Positions 8,766 to 16,808 of a DNA stretch of 34,800 nt are shown here, piece after piece. Positions within the stretch are counted from its first letter, which is position 1; each line of letters starts with the position of its first letter. This DNA is from Candidatus Tayloriibacteriota bacterium. GTDB lineage: Bacteria > Patescibacteriota > Minisyncoccia > Phycocordibacterales > PALSA-1337. The notes beneath the pieces were generated by a model. It was not told the origin of the DNA, ran no database searches, and saw nothing but the letters and a program-made list of their open reading frames with translations. The position numbers and the translations under genes were made by a program. The stretch is from contig JANXRK010000045.1 in the NCBI GenBank assembly GCA_025353045.1, forward strand, positions 1-34,800, given 5' to 3'.

Positions 8766-10454
8766 TTATTTCAGACCCTTATTCTTAGCCGCTTTGATAA
8801 ATTGAGTAAAAAGAGGATGTGGAGAAAGTGGTCGAGCGAGGAATTCTGGATGGAATTGTGTGCCCAAGAAAAATGGATGCTCCGTGACAGGAAGTTCGGC
8901 GATTTCCATCAACGTTCCATCTGGTGACGTTCCAGAAAATACCAAACCAGCATCGCTTATCTCTTTAATATATTTTGGATTTACTTCGTATCGATGTCGA
9001 TGTCGTTCGAGAATGGTTGAAGTTCCATAGGCACTCTCAGCAATTGAGCCTTTTAAAAGGTTCGCTTTATATGTCCCGAGCCTCATACTTCCTCCATAAT
9101 TTTTATCTAAAAGTTTTTGCTTTTGATCTGGCATAATATCGATGATAACGTGAGGTGCTTTAGGATTTATCTCAGCAGTATGAGCGCCATCGAGACCGAG
9201 AACATTTCGAGCGTACTCAATAGTCATTAGCTGCATACCATAACAAAGTCCAAAATATGGGATCTTATTTTCTCGAGCGTAACGTATAACATTGAGCTTT
9301 CCCTCAATTCCCTTTTCTCCAAATCCTCCAGGAACCACGATTCCATCAAATTTATCGAGAACAGAATAATCAGCATTTTCTTTTTCGAAATCATTTGCAT
9401 TGACTGTATGAATCTTAGGCTTAACTTTTTGTGAATATGCAGAGTATTTGATGGCTTCCAAAACCGAAACGTATGCATCAGTAAGAACAAAATCTCCCGT
9501 ACTAAAATATTTTCCGACAATAGCGATATTCACTTCTTTTTCAGTATTCTTTACAGCTTGAGCAAATTTCTTCCAAGCTCCGAGTCCTGGGCCCTTTCTT
9601 TTTTCGAGTTTAAGTGATTTCAAAATAATATTGCCAATCTTATCTTTCTCAAAGTTCAAAGGCACATCGTAGACACTATCAATATCTGGCGCAGAGATGA
9701 CATTTTCTGTAGAAATATTACATGCGATACCAATTTTTTCCTTTCTCTTTTGATCCACAAGAACTTCAGATCGGGCGATGATAATATCAGTATGGACACC
9801 GTATCCTGCTAGCTGATTCACTGCATTTTGAGTTGGTCGAGTTTTCATTTCACCAATTTTATTTGGAATTGGAAGGTAACTAACCATGACAAAGATTATA
9901 TCTTCTGGGTGCTTAATTTTCAAAACACGAGCTGCTTCGATGAACATAATGTTTTGATAATCTCCAACAGTACCACCAATTTCAATAATTGAAATTTCTG
10001 ATTTATTTAACTTAGCAGCATTTTCATATCGACTAACGATTTCATCACGAATATGCGGCACAGCCTCGACGCATCGTCCACCAAATCCCAAATTTCTTTC
10101 TTTATCAATGACATACTTATACACCATTCCTGAAGTAATATAATCCTCATGTTTCAAATCTCTATTCAAGAAACGTTCGTAGTTTCCCATATCTTGATCA
10201 GTCTCCAATCCAGAATTTAAAACAAAAACCTCACCGTGTTCAGTGGGGTTCATTGTTCCTGCATCGACATTTAAATAGGGGTCAGCTTTAACAAGATTAA
10301 CTTTGTACCCCTTCGCCTGAAGAAGGGTGCCTAAAGAAGATGTAGCAATACCTTTTCCCACTCCAGACATAACTCCACCAACGACGAAAATATATTTATG
10401 ATTGGTTTTCTTATTCTTTACTTTCTTTTCTTTCGTAACAGTCTTTCGTCTCAT
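8766..10454 (-). CDS. pyrG: CTP synthase
   Basis: 562 aa. VVGGVMSGVGKGI, glutaminase GLCYGMQ, HRHRYEVN. A roughly 20-aa Lys-rich N-terminal extension precedes the conserved KYIFV start. Confidence 0.95.
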   Translation of the reverse strand: MRRKTVTKEKKVKNKKTNHKYIFVVGGVMSGVGKGIATSSLGTLLQAKGYKVNLVKADPYLNVDAGTMNPTEHGEVFVLNSGLETDQDMGNYERFLNRDLKHEDYITSGMVYKYVIDKERNLGFGGRCVEAVPHIRDEIVSRYENAAKLNKSEISIIEIGGTVGDYQNIMFIEAARVLKIKHPEDIIFVMVSYLPIPNKIGEMKTRPTQNAVNQLAGYGVHTDIIIARSEVLVDQKRKEKIGIACNISTENVISAPDIDSVYDVPLNFEKDKIGNIILKSLKLEKRKGPGLGAWKKFAQAVKNTEKEVNIAIVGKYFSTGDFVLTDAYVSVLEAIKYSAYSQKVKPKIHTVNANDFEKENADYSVLDKFDGIVVPGGFGEKGIEGKLNVIRYARENKIPYFGLCYGMQLMTIEYARNVLGLDGAHTAEINPKAPHVIIDIMPDQKQKLLDKNYGGSMRLGTYKANLLKGSIAESAYGTSTILERHRHRYEVNPKYIKEISDAGLVFSGTSPDGTLMEIAELPVTEHPFFLGTQFHPEFLARPLSPHPLFTQFIKAAKNKGLK

Positions 10455-10475
10455 AATCGTATATTATCACATATT

Positions 10476-11426
10476 TTAAACCCGTAAATACCTCTTAACA
10501 GCCATATAACTTGATATGGCTCCAAGAATAATTCCAGAGCCCATGATGATGCCAAATATTTGACCAAAGTTTTGAAGGAAATAACTTGAGAAGACATTTG
10601 TAAGAATTGGGAAGTCATTTACATTTTGAATACCAGCAAATTTCATAATCATGGCGTCACTATAGAATGCAAAAGCGCCGAGGATAATCAAAGTCAAAAT
10701 CCCTGAGAATATTCCATACATTGCACCAGAAATAACAAATGGACCTCGAATGTAAATATTTGATGCACCAACAAGCTTCATAACTGAGATTTCATCTTTT
10801 GCTGTAAAAATAATAAGTCGTACGGTATTAAATACGATAACAATAGCAACTATTACGAAGAGAATAGCGATGATTGAACCTGTCTTTTCAACGGCTGGAA
10901 TTATTCGACCGAGACGATCAATGATTAGTTTATTTTGATTGTAGTTAATCTTATCAATGATATCAGTGCCATTTTGAGATGAATTTTTACCGTTGAGGAA
11001 TGTGGCAATACCAGCGTATTGAGATGGCTCTTTGGCTTTTATATTTAGAACTGCTGGAAATGGATTTGAACCGATTTCATCAAGTCCTTGCATGATAAGT
11101 GCATTATCTTGCCATTTTGTTTTAAAATCTGTAAGAGCCTGATCACGAGAAATGTATTCAACTTTGAGAACTTCCGGTAATGCTTCTATAGTCTTTCTTA
11201 GTGAAAAAATATCCGATTCTTGAGTATCAAGAGTAAAATAAACGTTTATATCTACTTTATTTTTAACTGCTTTTATCAAAGCGCGACCGAAGGCACTACC
11301 AAAAATCAAGGCTCCAAAAACGGTAAGCGAAAGGGTGATAACAATCACAGCTGAAAAAGAAAGAAATCCATTTCTCCAAAAATTTATAAAACCCGTGCGA
11401 ATTATTCTTTTAAAATATGTAAACAT
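10476..11426 (-). CDS. ftsX: Cell-division ABC transporter permease FtsX
   Basis: 316 aa. One N-terminal TM, a large loop, then three C-terminal TMs. It lies directly downstream of ftsE. Confidence 0.85.
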   Translation of the reverse strand: MFTYFKRIIRTGFINFWRNGFLSFSAVIVITLSLTVFGALIFGSAFGRALIKAVKNKVDINVYFTLDTQESDIFSLRKTIEALPEVLKVEYISRDQALTDFKTKWQDNALIMQGLDEIGSNPFPAVLNIKAKEPSQYAGIATFLNGKNSSQNGTDIIDKINYNQNKLIIDRLGRIIPAVEKTGSIIAILFVIVAIVIVFNTVRLIIFTAKDEISVMKLVGASNIYIRGPFVISGAMYGIFSGILTLIILGAFAFYSDAMIMKFAGIQNVNDFPILTNVFSSYFLQNFGQIFGIIMGSGIILGAISSYMAVKRYLRV

Positions 11427-11435
11427 GAATACTTA

Positions 11436-12116
11436 TTATAAAACGTATTTGCCGTGCTTATCGTCGCGGATAACTTTACCTTTTTCCATGGTGATCACTC
11501 GGCCTCCAATCTCATCGACAACGCTTTTATCGTGAGTGGTAAGTATAACGGTTGTACCAAGCTTATGAATCTTTTGGAAAATTTTGATGATCTCAAGAGT
11601 GTTTACTGGATCAAGATTTCCTGTCGGTTCATCGGCCATAATTATATCAGGTTGAGTAACGATAGCACGTGCGATCGCCACTCTCTGTTTCTCACCTCCT
11701 GAAAGCTCGTGAGGAAAGTTCCATATCTTATTTCCCAAATCCACAAGCTCAAGAACATGCGGAACATCACTCTTTATTTCACTATCAGTCCTCCCAACCG
11801 CCTCCATAGCAAATGCAATGTTTTCATATGCCGTCTTATTCGCAATCAACCTAAAATCCTGAAACACCGTCCCTATTCGGCGGCGAAGCTTATTCATCTG
11901 ACCTTTTCCAAGCTTATGAACATTGGCTGATTCAAAGAATACAGATCCATAAGTTGGCTTATCCTCAGCGATAATCATCTTCATCAAAGTGGTCTTTCCA
12001 GCCCCAGAATGCCCCACAATAGTAACAAACTCTGCCGGTTCAACAGTAAAACTAACCTTATCAAGGGCCATAGATTCATCAGGGTAAATTTTGCTTACTT
12101 TATCGAAGTAAATCAT
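11436..12116 (-). CDS. ftsE: Cell-division ABC transporter ATPase FtsE
   Basis: 226 aa. Walker A GHSGAGKTT, signature LSGGEKQRVAIARA, Walker B IIMADEPTGNLD. Confidence 0.9.
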   Translation of the reverse strand: MIYFDKVSKIYPDESMALDKVSFTVEPAEFVTIVGHSGAGKTTLMKMIIAEDKPTYGSVFFESANVHKLGKGQMNKLRRRIGTVFQDFRLIANKTAYENIAFAMEAVGRTDSEIKSDVPHVLELVDLGNKIWNFPHELSGGEKQRVAIARAIVTQPDIIMADEPTGNLDPVNTLEIIKIFQKIHKLGTTVILTTHDKSVVDEIGGRVITMEKGKVIRDDKHGKYVL

Positions 12117-12137
12117 GGCCTAATTATATCACAAATC

Positions 12138-13031
12138 CTAAAGTGCACGCTCGGCGGCGATGAAATCATCGAGGTCTCCTTCAAGTACTTTGTCCACCTG
12201 GCTCGTCTCAACATCTGTCCTATGATCTTTAACCATTTTATATGGATGAAAAACATATGATCGTATCTGATTTCCCCACTCTATAGAAGTAGTCTTACTA
12301 ATATACATTCCCTTTTCTCGAGCAACTCTTTCCTCTTCCATTTGTTTAAAAAGTTTACCTTTCAAAATATCCAAAGCTTTTTCTTTATTTTGTGCTTGAG
12401 AACGCTCAGATGTTACATGAACAGAAAGTCCTGTCGGCCTATGAATGATGCGCACAGCCGTTTCTCTTTTATTTACATTCTGACCTCCAGGGCCGCCAGA
12501 TTTTGCAATGGAAATATCGAGATCTTTATCTTCCAAAACAAGATCTGCACTATTTGTCTTTTCAAATTTAGGAATAATTTCAACCATTGAAAAAGAAGTA
12601 TGCCGCAGTTGTTTAGAATTGAACGGAGAAATTCTTACAAGACGATGCACACCACTTTCATTTTTTAAAGTTCCATAGACATCTTTTCCACTTATTTCAA
12701 CTGTAATGTTTCGATAGCCGCCATGATCGTTTGTATTTTCATGAATAAGTTCCATTCCCCAACCTTTATTCTCAGATAATTTTCTATACATACGATAAAG
12801 GATTGCTGAAAAATCCTCAGCATCGTCACCTCCTGCTCCAGAAAAAATCGTCAATATGGCATTACCCTTATCGAATTTACCTATACCAACCAAAGCATCT
12901 TTGAGATCCTGAAGCTCTTTAATCATGCCCTGAGCTTTTTGAGGATTAGACCAAAATTCAGCATCGGCTATAGCTGTCTCTATCTCTGATATTCTTACTT
13001 TGGTCTTTTCTATATTATTTTTTACTATCAT
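12138..13031 (-). CDS. prfB: Peptide chain release factor 2, short form
   Basis: 297 aa. Contains the SPF tripeptide (RISPFNSK) and GGQ (SGGPGGQNVNK). Only about 60 residues precede the FSGAGGDDAEDF block. It is a single uninterrupted frame. Confidence 0.9.
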   Translation of the reverse strand: MIVKNNIEKTKVRISEIETAIADAEFWSNPQKAQGMIKELQDLKDALVGIGKFDKGNAILTIFSGAGGDDAEDFSAILYRMYRKLSENKGWGMELIHENTNDHGGYRNITVEISGKDVYGTLKNESGVHRLVRISPFNSKQLRHTSFSMVEIIPKFEKTNSADLVLEDKDLDISIAKSGGPGGQNVNKRETAVRIIHRPTGLSVHVTSERSQAQNKEKALDILKGKLFKQMEEERVAREKGMYISKTTSIEWGNQIRSYVFHPYKMVKDHRTDVETSQVDKVLEGDLDDFIAAERAL

Positions 13032-13033
13032 TT

Positions 13034-13555
13034 TTACTGATGAGTCTCTTTAGAAGGAGAATTTGTTTTTGTATTGAGTTTTGAATTTTGAGATTTACGA
13101 ATATTAATAAAAGACACGGTTACGGGAACTGGCAGATGATTTGTAATCAGAGAAGTCATCGCATCTGGAAGTTGATTTGGCTTAGTCAGTTTTGGTGTTA
13201 ATTTAGATTTATTTTTATTGATTGAGTTATTGGGGATATTATTAATTAAAGAATGAAAGTCTATAGTGTCATTAATCTTCACCAAAGAAAATCGTGAACG
13301 ATTTAGTTTTTTGGTTGAGGTTGAGATTGCTTCAGTCAAATGCCAAGTTGTAGTTGCGTTATTATCTACTGTTTGAGCATCTATTGCACCATCTAAGACA
13401 CTGATTACTAGAGCATTTTTTACAAAAAGATTGTTGGGAAGAAAATATATACTGGTCTGATCTTTTTTATTTGTTTTAGCACCAAATACAATAGATGGTG
13501 TCAAAATCAAACCAAATAATACAAGAGACACTAGAAGATTATTTTTAATTTTCAT
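13034..13555 (-). CDS. Hypothetical secreted Asn/Thr/Lys-rich protein
   Basis: 173 aa with a signal-peptide-like N-terminus (LLVSLVLFGLILTPSIVFGA). The stop is 2 nt from the prfB start. No recognisable motif. Confidence 0.6.
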   Translation of the reverse strand: MKIKNNLLVSLVLFGLILTPSIVFGAKTNKKDQTSIYFLPNNLFVKNALVISVLDGAIDAQTVDNNATTTWHLTEAISTSTKKLNRSRFSLVKINDTIDFHSLINNIPNNSINKNKSKLTPKLTKPNQLPDAMTSLITNHLPVPVTVSFINIRKSQNSKLNTKTNSPSKETHQ

Positions 13556-13589
13556 ATTTATTTTAATTTAATTATAACACAGATCATTT

Positions 13590-13665
13590 TGGAGCCAAAG
13601 GTGAGAATCGGACTCACGACCTACGCTTTACGAAAGCGTTGCTCTACCAACTGAGCTACTTTGGC
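13590..13665 (-). tRNA. tRNA-Thr (anticodon CGU), CCA encoded
   Basis: Minus strand: GCCAAAG-TA-GCTC-AGTTGGTA-GAGC-A-ACGCT-TTCGTAA-AGCGT-AGGTC-GTGAG-TCCGATT-CTCAC-CTTTGGC-T-CCA. The T loop reads TCC rather than TTC. Confidence 0.85.
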
Positions 13666-13671
13666 TTAGGG

Positions 13672-13744
13672 AGCCGTTGTCCGGGATTGAACCGGAGACC
13701 TCGTCATTACCAATGACGTGCTCTACCAACTGAGCTACAACGGC
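13672..13744 (-). tRNA. tRNA-Thr (anticodon GGU)
   Basis: Minus strand: GCCGTTG-TA-GCTC-AGTTGGTA-GAGC-A-CGTCA-TTGGTAA-TGACG-AGGTC-TCCGG-TTCAATC-CCGGA-CAACGGC-T. No CCA is encoded. Confidence 0.9.
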
Positions 13745-13845
13745 AAACATTTTAACACTGACTAAGAATAGTCTATTTACTAAATGTTTTCAATAATTAG
13801 TACATATATAAGCCACTATTGAAGTCTTACAAATAATTTACTTTG

Positions 13846-13919
13846 CGCGATCGGCGGGACTCGAACCCGTAACCTCCCACGTGACAGGCGGGTGCTCTAA
13901 CCAGTTGAGCTACGATCGC
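13846..13919 (-). tRNA. tRNA-Asp (anticodon GUC)
   Basis: Minus strand: GCGATCG-TA-GCTC-AACTGGTTA-GAGC-A-CCCGC-CTGTCAC-GTGGG-AGGTT-ACGGG-TTCGAGT-CCCGC-CGATCGC-G. Confidence 0.88.
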
Positions 13920-13977
13920 AATGACTCTAAATGTATCAAAAATAAGCAAAAACGCAAGAAAATGATAGACCCAATTG

Positions 13978-14048
13978 TGTCGGTGAATGGAATCGGACCA
14001 TTGTCTGAGGCTTATGAGTCCTCCGTTCTACCATTGAACTACACCGAC
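13978..14048 (-). tRNA. tRNA with CAU anticodon, elongator-type (Met, or Ile2 if lysidine-modified)
   Basis: Minus strand: GTCGGTG-TA-GTTC-AATGGTA-GAAC-G-GAGGA-CTCATAA-GCCTC-AGAC-AATGG-TCCGATT-CCATT-CACCGAC-A. G1:C72 is paired and U11:A24 is present. The T loop is TCC, and there is an A31/G39 mismatch. Confidence 0.8.
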
Positions 14049-14059
14049 ATATATCCTTG

Positions 14060-14131
14060 TTGCGGAGGTCGGAATCGAACCGACAATCTTCAGGTTATGA
14101 GCCTGACGAGCTACCGTTGCTCTACCCCGCT
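14060..14131 (-). tRNA. tRNA-Met (CAU), probable initiator
   Basis: Minus strand: AGCGGGG-TA-GAGC-AACGGTA-GCTC-G-TCAGG-CTCATAA-CCTGA-AGATT-GTCGG-TTCGATT-CCGAC-CTCCGCA-A. Positions 1:72 are unpaired (A/A) and A11:U24 is present, as in bacterial initiators. Overall it resembles E. coli tRNA-fMet. Confidence 0.85.
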
Positions 14132-14172
14132 ATGACTATGCATATTAACACAAAAGTAGCGAGGTAGGCAAG

Positions 14173-14772
14173 CTATATATAGAAAAACTCCTCGAAGACC
14201 TTACGATACTGCTGAATAGTGCGCCGTGCATCTGATTGACTAAATAGATAATCGGACCCTGCATGCGCCAATTCATTTCGCACTTTATGTGCAGACCATG
14301 CATCGTCGAGGGTTTTAAAATCACCTTTATTTGCACGTTTAAGCTGTTCACCAATCCCCTCACCTTTATATCCTAATTGAGTCAAAAGATCGCCTAAAAT
14401 AATATCAGCTTCGATGATAGCCTGTCTCCAATCATTTTCGTTTTGCGATTCAACATGTTTCGTCGCTGAATCCCATTTTTTAGCAATTTCTGGATTACCC
14501 TTTGGTTTTGTGGGACTTGTTTCGGTATATCCCATCTCAATTGGTTTATCAAAAATTTCTGCTTCTTTTCGACGAACGGTCTTTAATTTTTCAATGACAA
14601 TAATAATACAAATAAAGAGTACGAGACATAGCGGCAGCGAAAAAATTACAAGAAAAGTGAAAACTGGCTTTATATAAGGTGCGACTACAGAAAAATTAGT
14701 AGTTATGAAATTAATAGTCGGACTAATATCAATTGTTGATCCGTGTATGATACCTATTGAATTATTTTGCAT
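14173..14772 (-). CDS. Single-pass membrane protein with a C-terminal HEPN/DUF4145-like domain (Rx4H motif)
   Basis: 199 aa. TM segment PVFTFLVIFSLPLCLVLFICIIIVI is followed by KLKTVRRKEAE, so the C-terminus is probably cytoplasmic. The C-terminal helical region ends in AWSAHKVRNELAHAG (RNELAH = R-N-x3-H). The start is 1 nt after the gatA stop. Confidence 0.7.
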   Translation of the reverse strand: MQNNSIGIIHGSTIDISPTINFITTNFSVVAPYIKPVFTFLVIFSLPLCLVLFICIIIVIEKLKTVRRKEAEIFDKPIEMGYTETSPTKPKGNPEIAKKWDSATKHVESQNENDWRQAIIEADIILGDLLTQLGYKGEGIGEQLKRANKGDFKTLDDAWSAHKVRNELAHAGSDYLFSQSDARRTIQQYRKVFEEFFYI

Positions 14773-14773
14773 A

Positions 14774-16186
14774 TTATTCTTTCAAAAATTCCTTCCCTGC
14801 TTTAAAAAGCAAAGCCTCATTTCCATGCAGCGCGGTCATTTGGATTCCTAGTGGAAGCTTTCCACTTACACCTGAAGGAATCGAAATAGCTGGCATTCCA
14901 GTGAGATTTGCAGTGACCGTAAATATATCTTCGAGATACATTGCTACAGGATCTGAAATCTTTTCACCAATCTTGAAAGCCGGAGCGGGAGTTGTAGGTG
15001 TTAGTATTATATCAACAGTTTTAAAAGCTGTCTCAAAGTCAGAGGTGATAACTCGTCGAAGTGCATTTGCGCGGTTGTAGTATGCATCATAGTATCCAGA
15101 AGAAAGAATGTAGGTTCCAAGAAGAACTCTCCGCCTTACTTCTTTTCCAAAACCAGCTCCACGAGTCTCAAAGTAATCATCGATACCATCTTTTCCATCT
15201 TTATGAAGACCGAATCTAACACCGTCAAATCGCGAAAGGTTTGAACTTACTTCAGCAGGCATAATTACATAATACACAGGAAGTGAATACGCAATATTTG
15301 GAAGCTCAACATCTTTTATTTCATATCCCAGTTTTTTAAAGTTTTCTATTGATTCTTCAAAGTTTTTTAAGACATCTTTATTAATTCCATCTCCTTTTAG
15401 AAAAGCCTTAGGAATTCCGATAGTTAATTTTTTATCAGTTTTTTTAGTTTTGTAAGTAGTATCAGAAATAGTAGTACTATCTAAACTATCATTTCCTTTT
15501 ATAGTATTAAAAATAATTTCTGCATCAGTGACTGTTTTTGCAAAAGGACCGATCTGATCCAAAGAAGATCCCATAGCCATCACGCCATTTCGTGAGACTG
15601 CTCCGTATGTTGCCTTGAGTCCTACCAATCCACAGAACGATGCCGGCTGTCTAATAGATCCTCCCGTATCAGATCCGAGTGCAGCTAAAGCCCCGTCCAT
15701 AGCAAGAGCTGCAGCAGATCCACCAGATGATCCTCCAGCCACTCGCTCTGTATCATATGGATTCTTTGTAACTCCATATGCAGAGTTTTCTGTTGAACCT
15801 CCCATGGCGAATTCATCCATATTAGTTCGACCGATAAATACAGCACCTTCTCTTTTTAATTTTTCGATGACTGTCGCGTCGTAGGTAGCATGATAGTTTT
15901 CAAGAATTTTTGATGCTGATCCAGCTCGTCTTCCTTTTATTAAGATATTATCTTTTATCGCAAAAGGAATTCCAGTAAGCAGAGTTGCTGCTCCAGCTTT
16001 AAATCGTGTGTCTGCTGCTTGTGCCTGTTCTTCAGCGTCTTTGAAAACCTCGAGATATGCATTGATTTCAGGATTTTTCTTTTTAATTTCTTCTAAATAT
16101 GCCTTGGTCAAATCAACAGCAGAATATTTTCCAGACTTGATATCTTCATGAGCCTTTTTGATTGTGAGATTTTTGAGGTCGATCAT
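14774..16186 (-). CDS. gatA: Glu/Asp-tRNA amidotransferase subunit A
   Basis: 470 aa with the amidase signature GGSSGGSAAALA...GSDTGGSIRQPASFCG. Confidence 0.95.
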   Translation of the reverse strand: MIDLKNLTIKKAHEDIKSGKYSAVDLTKAYLEEIKKKNPEINAYLEVFKDAEEQAQAADTRFKAGAATLLTGIPFAIKDNILIKGRRAGSASKILENYHATYDATVIEKLKREGAVFIGRTNMDEFAMGGSTENSAYGVTKNPYDTERVAGGSSGGSAAALAMDGALAALGSDTGGSIRQPASFCGLVGLKATYGAVSRNGVMAMGSSLDQIGPFAKTVTDAEIIFNTIKGNDSLDSTTISDTTYKTKKTDKKLTIGIPKAFLKGDGINKDVLKNFEESIENFKKLGYEIKDVELPNIAYSLPVYYVIMPAEVSSNLSRFDGVRFGLHKDGKDGIDDYFETRGAGFGKEVRRRVLLGTYILSSGYYDAYYNRANALRRVITSDFETAFKTVDIILTPTTPAPAFKIGEKISDPVAMYLEDIFTVTANLTGMPAISIPSGVSGKLPLGIQMTALHGNEALLFKAGKEFLKE

Positions 16187-16197
16187 ATTGAGTCAAA

Positions 16198-16491
16198 TTA
16201 GTCTTGAGCAATTATTTTCTTAACCGCAACAAAATCTCCTTCCCGCTCCGGAGCTTGTTTCAAAAGTGCTTCTCGGTCTTCTGGCGGAAGAACTCGAGAT
16301 TCATCTTCGCGGAAGATGTTGTGAACGATTCCAACTATAGGAGTGTGATCAATATCAAGAGTGGCTTTCTTTATTTGATCGATGTAAGTAAGAATAGAGT
16401 CAATTTCTTTGGTAAGGCCTTGTTTTTCGGCATCAGTGAGCTTTATACGGGCCAAAGTAGCCAATTTCTCTATTTCAGTGACGGTTATCAT
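16198..16491 (-). CDS. gatC: Glu/Asp-tRNA amidotransferase subunit C
   Basis: The tracked ORF runs to 16557, but the conserved GatC N-terminus MITVTEIEKLATLARIKL starts at the ATG at 16491, directly behind a good promoter. This gives 97 aa. Confidence 0.85.
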   Translation of the reverse strand: MITVTEIEKLATLARIKLTDAEKQGLTKEIDSILTYIDQIKKATLDIDHTPIVGIVHNIFREDESRVLPPEDREALLKQAPEREGDFVAVKKIIAQD

Positions 16492-16498
16492 AAAGAAG

Positions 16499-16527
16499 AT
16501 TGTAACAGCAAAATCTGACTCTTGCAA
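16499..16527 (-). promoter_or_regulatory. Sigma-70-type promoter for gatCA: TTGCAA-17 nt-TACAAT, with the -10 ending 7 nt before the gatC ATG
   Basis: Minus-strand read: TTGCAA (16527-16522), gagtcagattttgctgt, TACAAT (16504-16499), cttcttt, ATG (16491). Confidence 0.5.
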
Positions 16528-16578
16528 TTTGAAATAAATAAAGTATGATATTATCATATTAAATTATAATACAAATAC

Positions 16579-16800
16579 ATGACTACAATATCAGTGCCAA
16601 TCCCTGCGCATATGGAGGAATTCATTAAACAACAAATCAAAAGTGGAAATGCAGCAAATAAAGCGGACGTCGTTCGCAAGGCACTTTTGCGTATGAGTGA
16701 GGAGGAAGCTGTAAATGAAATACTGGAGGCAAGTAGAGAGGTTTCTGAAGGAAAAATTCTTCGAGGTGATCTTAGAGAGCTTGCAAAGAAGTTTAAATAA
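16579..16800 (+). CDS. ParD/CopG-type ribbon-helix-helix antitoxin
   Basis: 73 aa. MTTISVPIPAHMEEFIKQQIKSGNAANKADVVRKALLRM matches the ParD-family pattern (beta strand, helix, then a SEVVR-like helix). It lies 8 nt upstream of the toxin gene. Confidence 0.75.
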   Translation: MTTISVPIPAHMEEFIKQQIKSGNAANKADVVRKALLRMSEEEAVNEILEASREVSEGKILRGDLRELAKKFK

Positions 16801-16808
16801 TTTCCGAT

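Noticed and set aside
13032-13110. Programmed +1 frameshift site upstream of prfB
   Set aside because: There is no CTT TGA C-type motif. The region is the 3' end of the 173-aa secreted-protein ORF, whose stop is 2 nt from the prfB ATG.
13881-14135. Tracked 84-aa plus-strand ORF
   Set aside because: It lies entirely across three well-folding minus-strand tRNA genes (Asp, Met-type CAU, initiator Met) and has a GTG start. It is a chance ORF.
14757-15080. Antisense shadow ORFs in the track. This one, and also 660-869, 2768-2986, 4209-4415, 5327-5566, 7318-7539, 9227-9520, 11454-11930, 12342-12590, 15615-15884, 16204-16518, 17577-18225, 18776-19217, 20938-21302, 23337-24433, 24819-25097, 25621-25893, 27108-27350 and 29638-29988
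   Set aside because: Each lies wholly inside a longer ORF with clear family motifs. None has motifs of its own.
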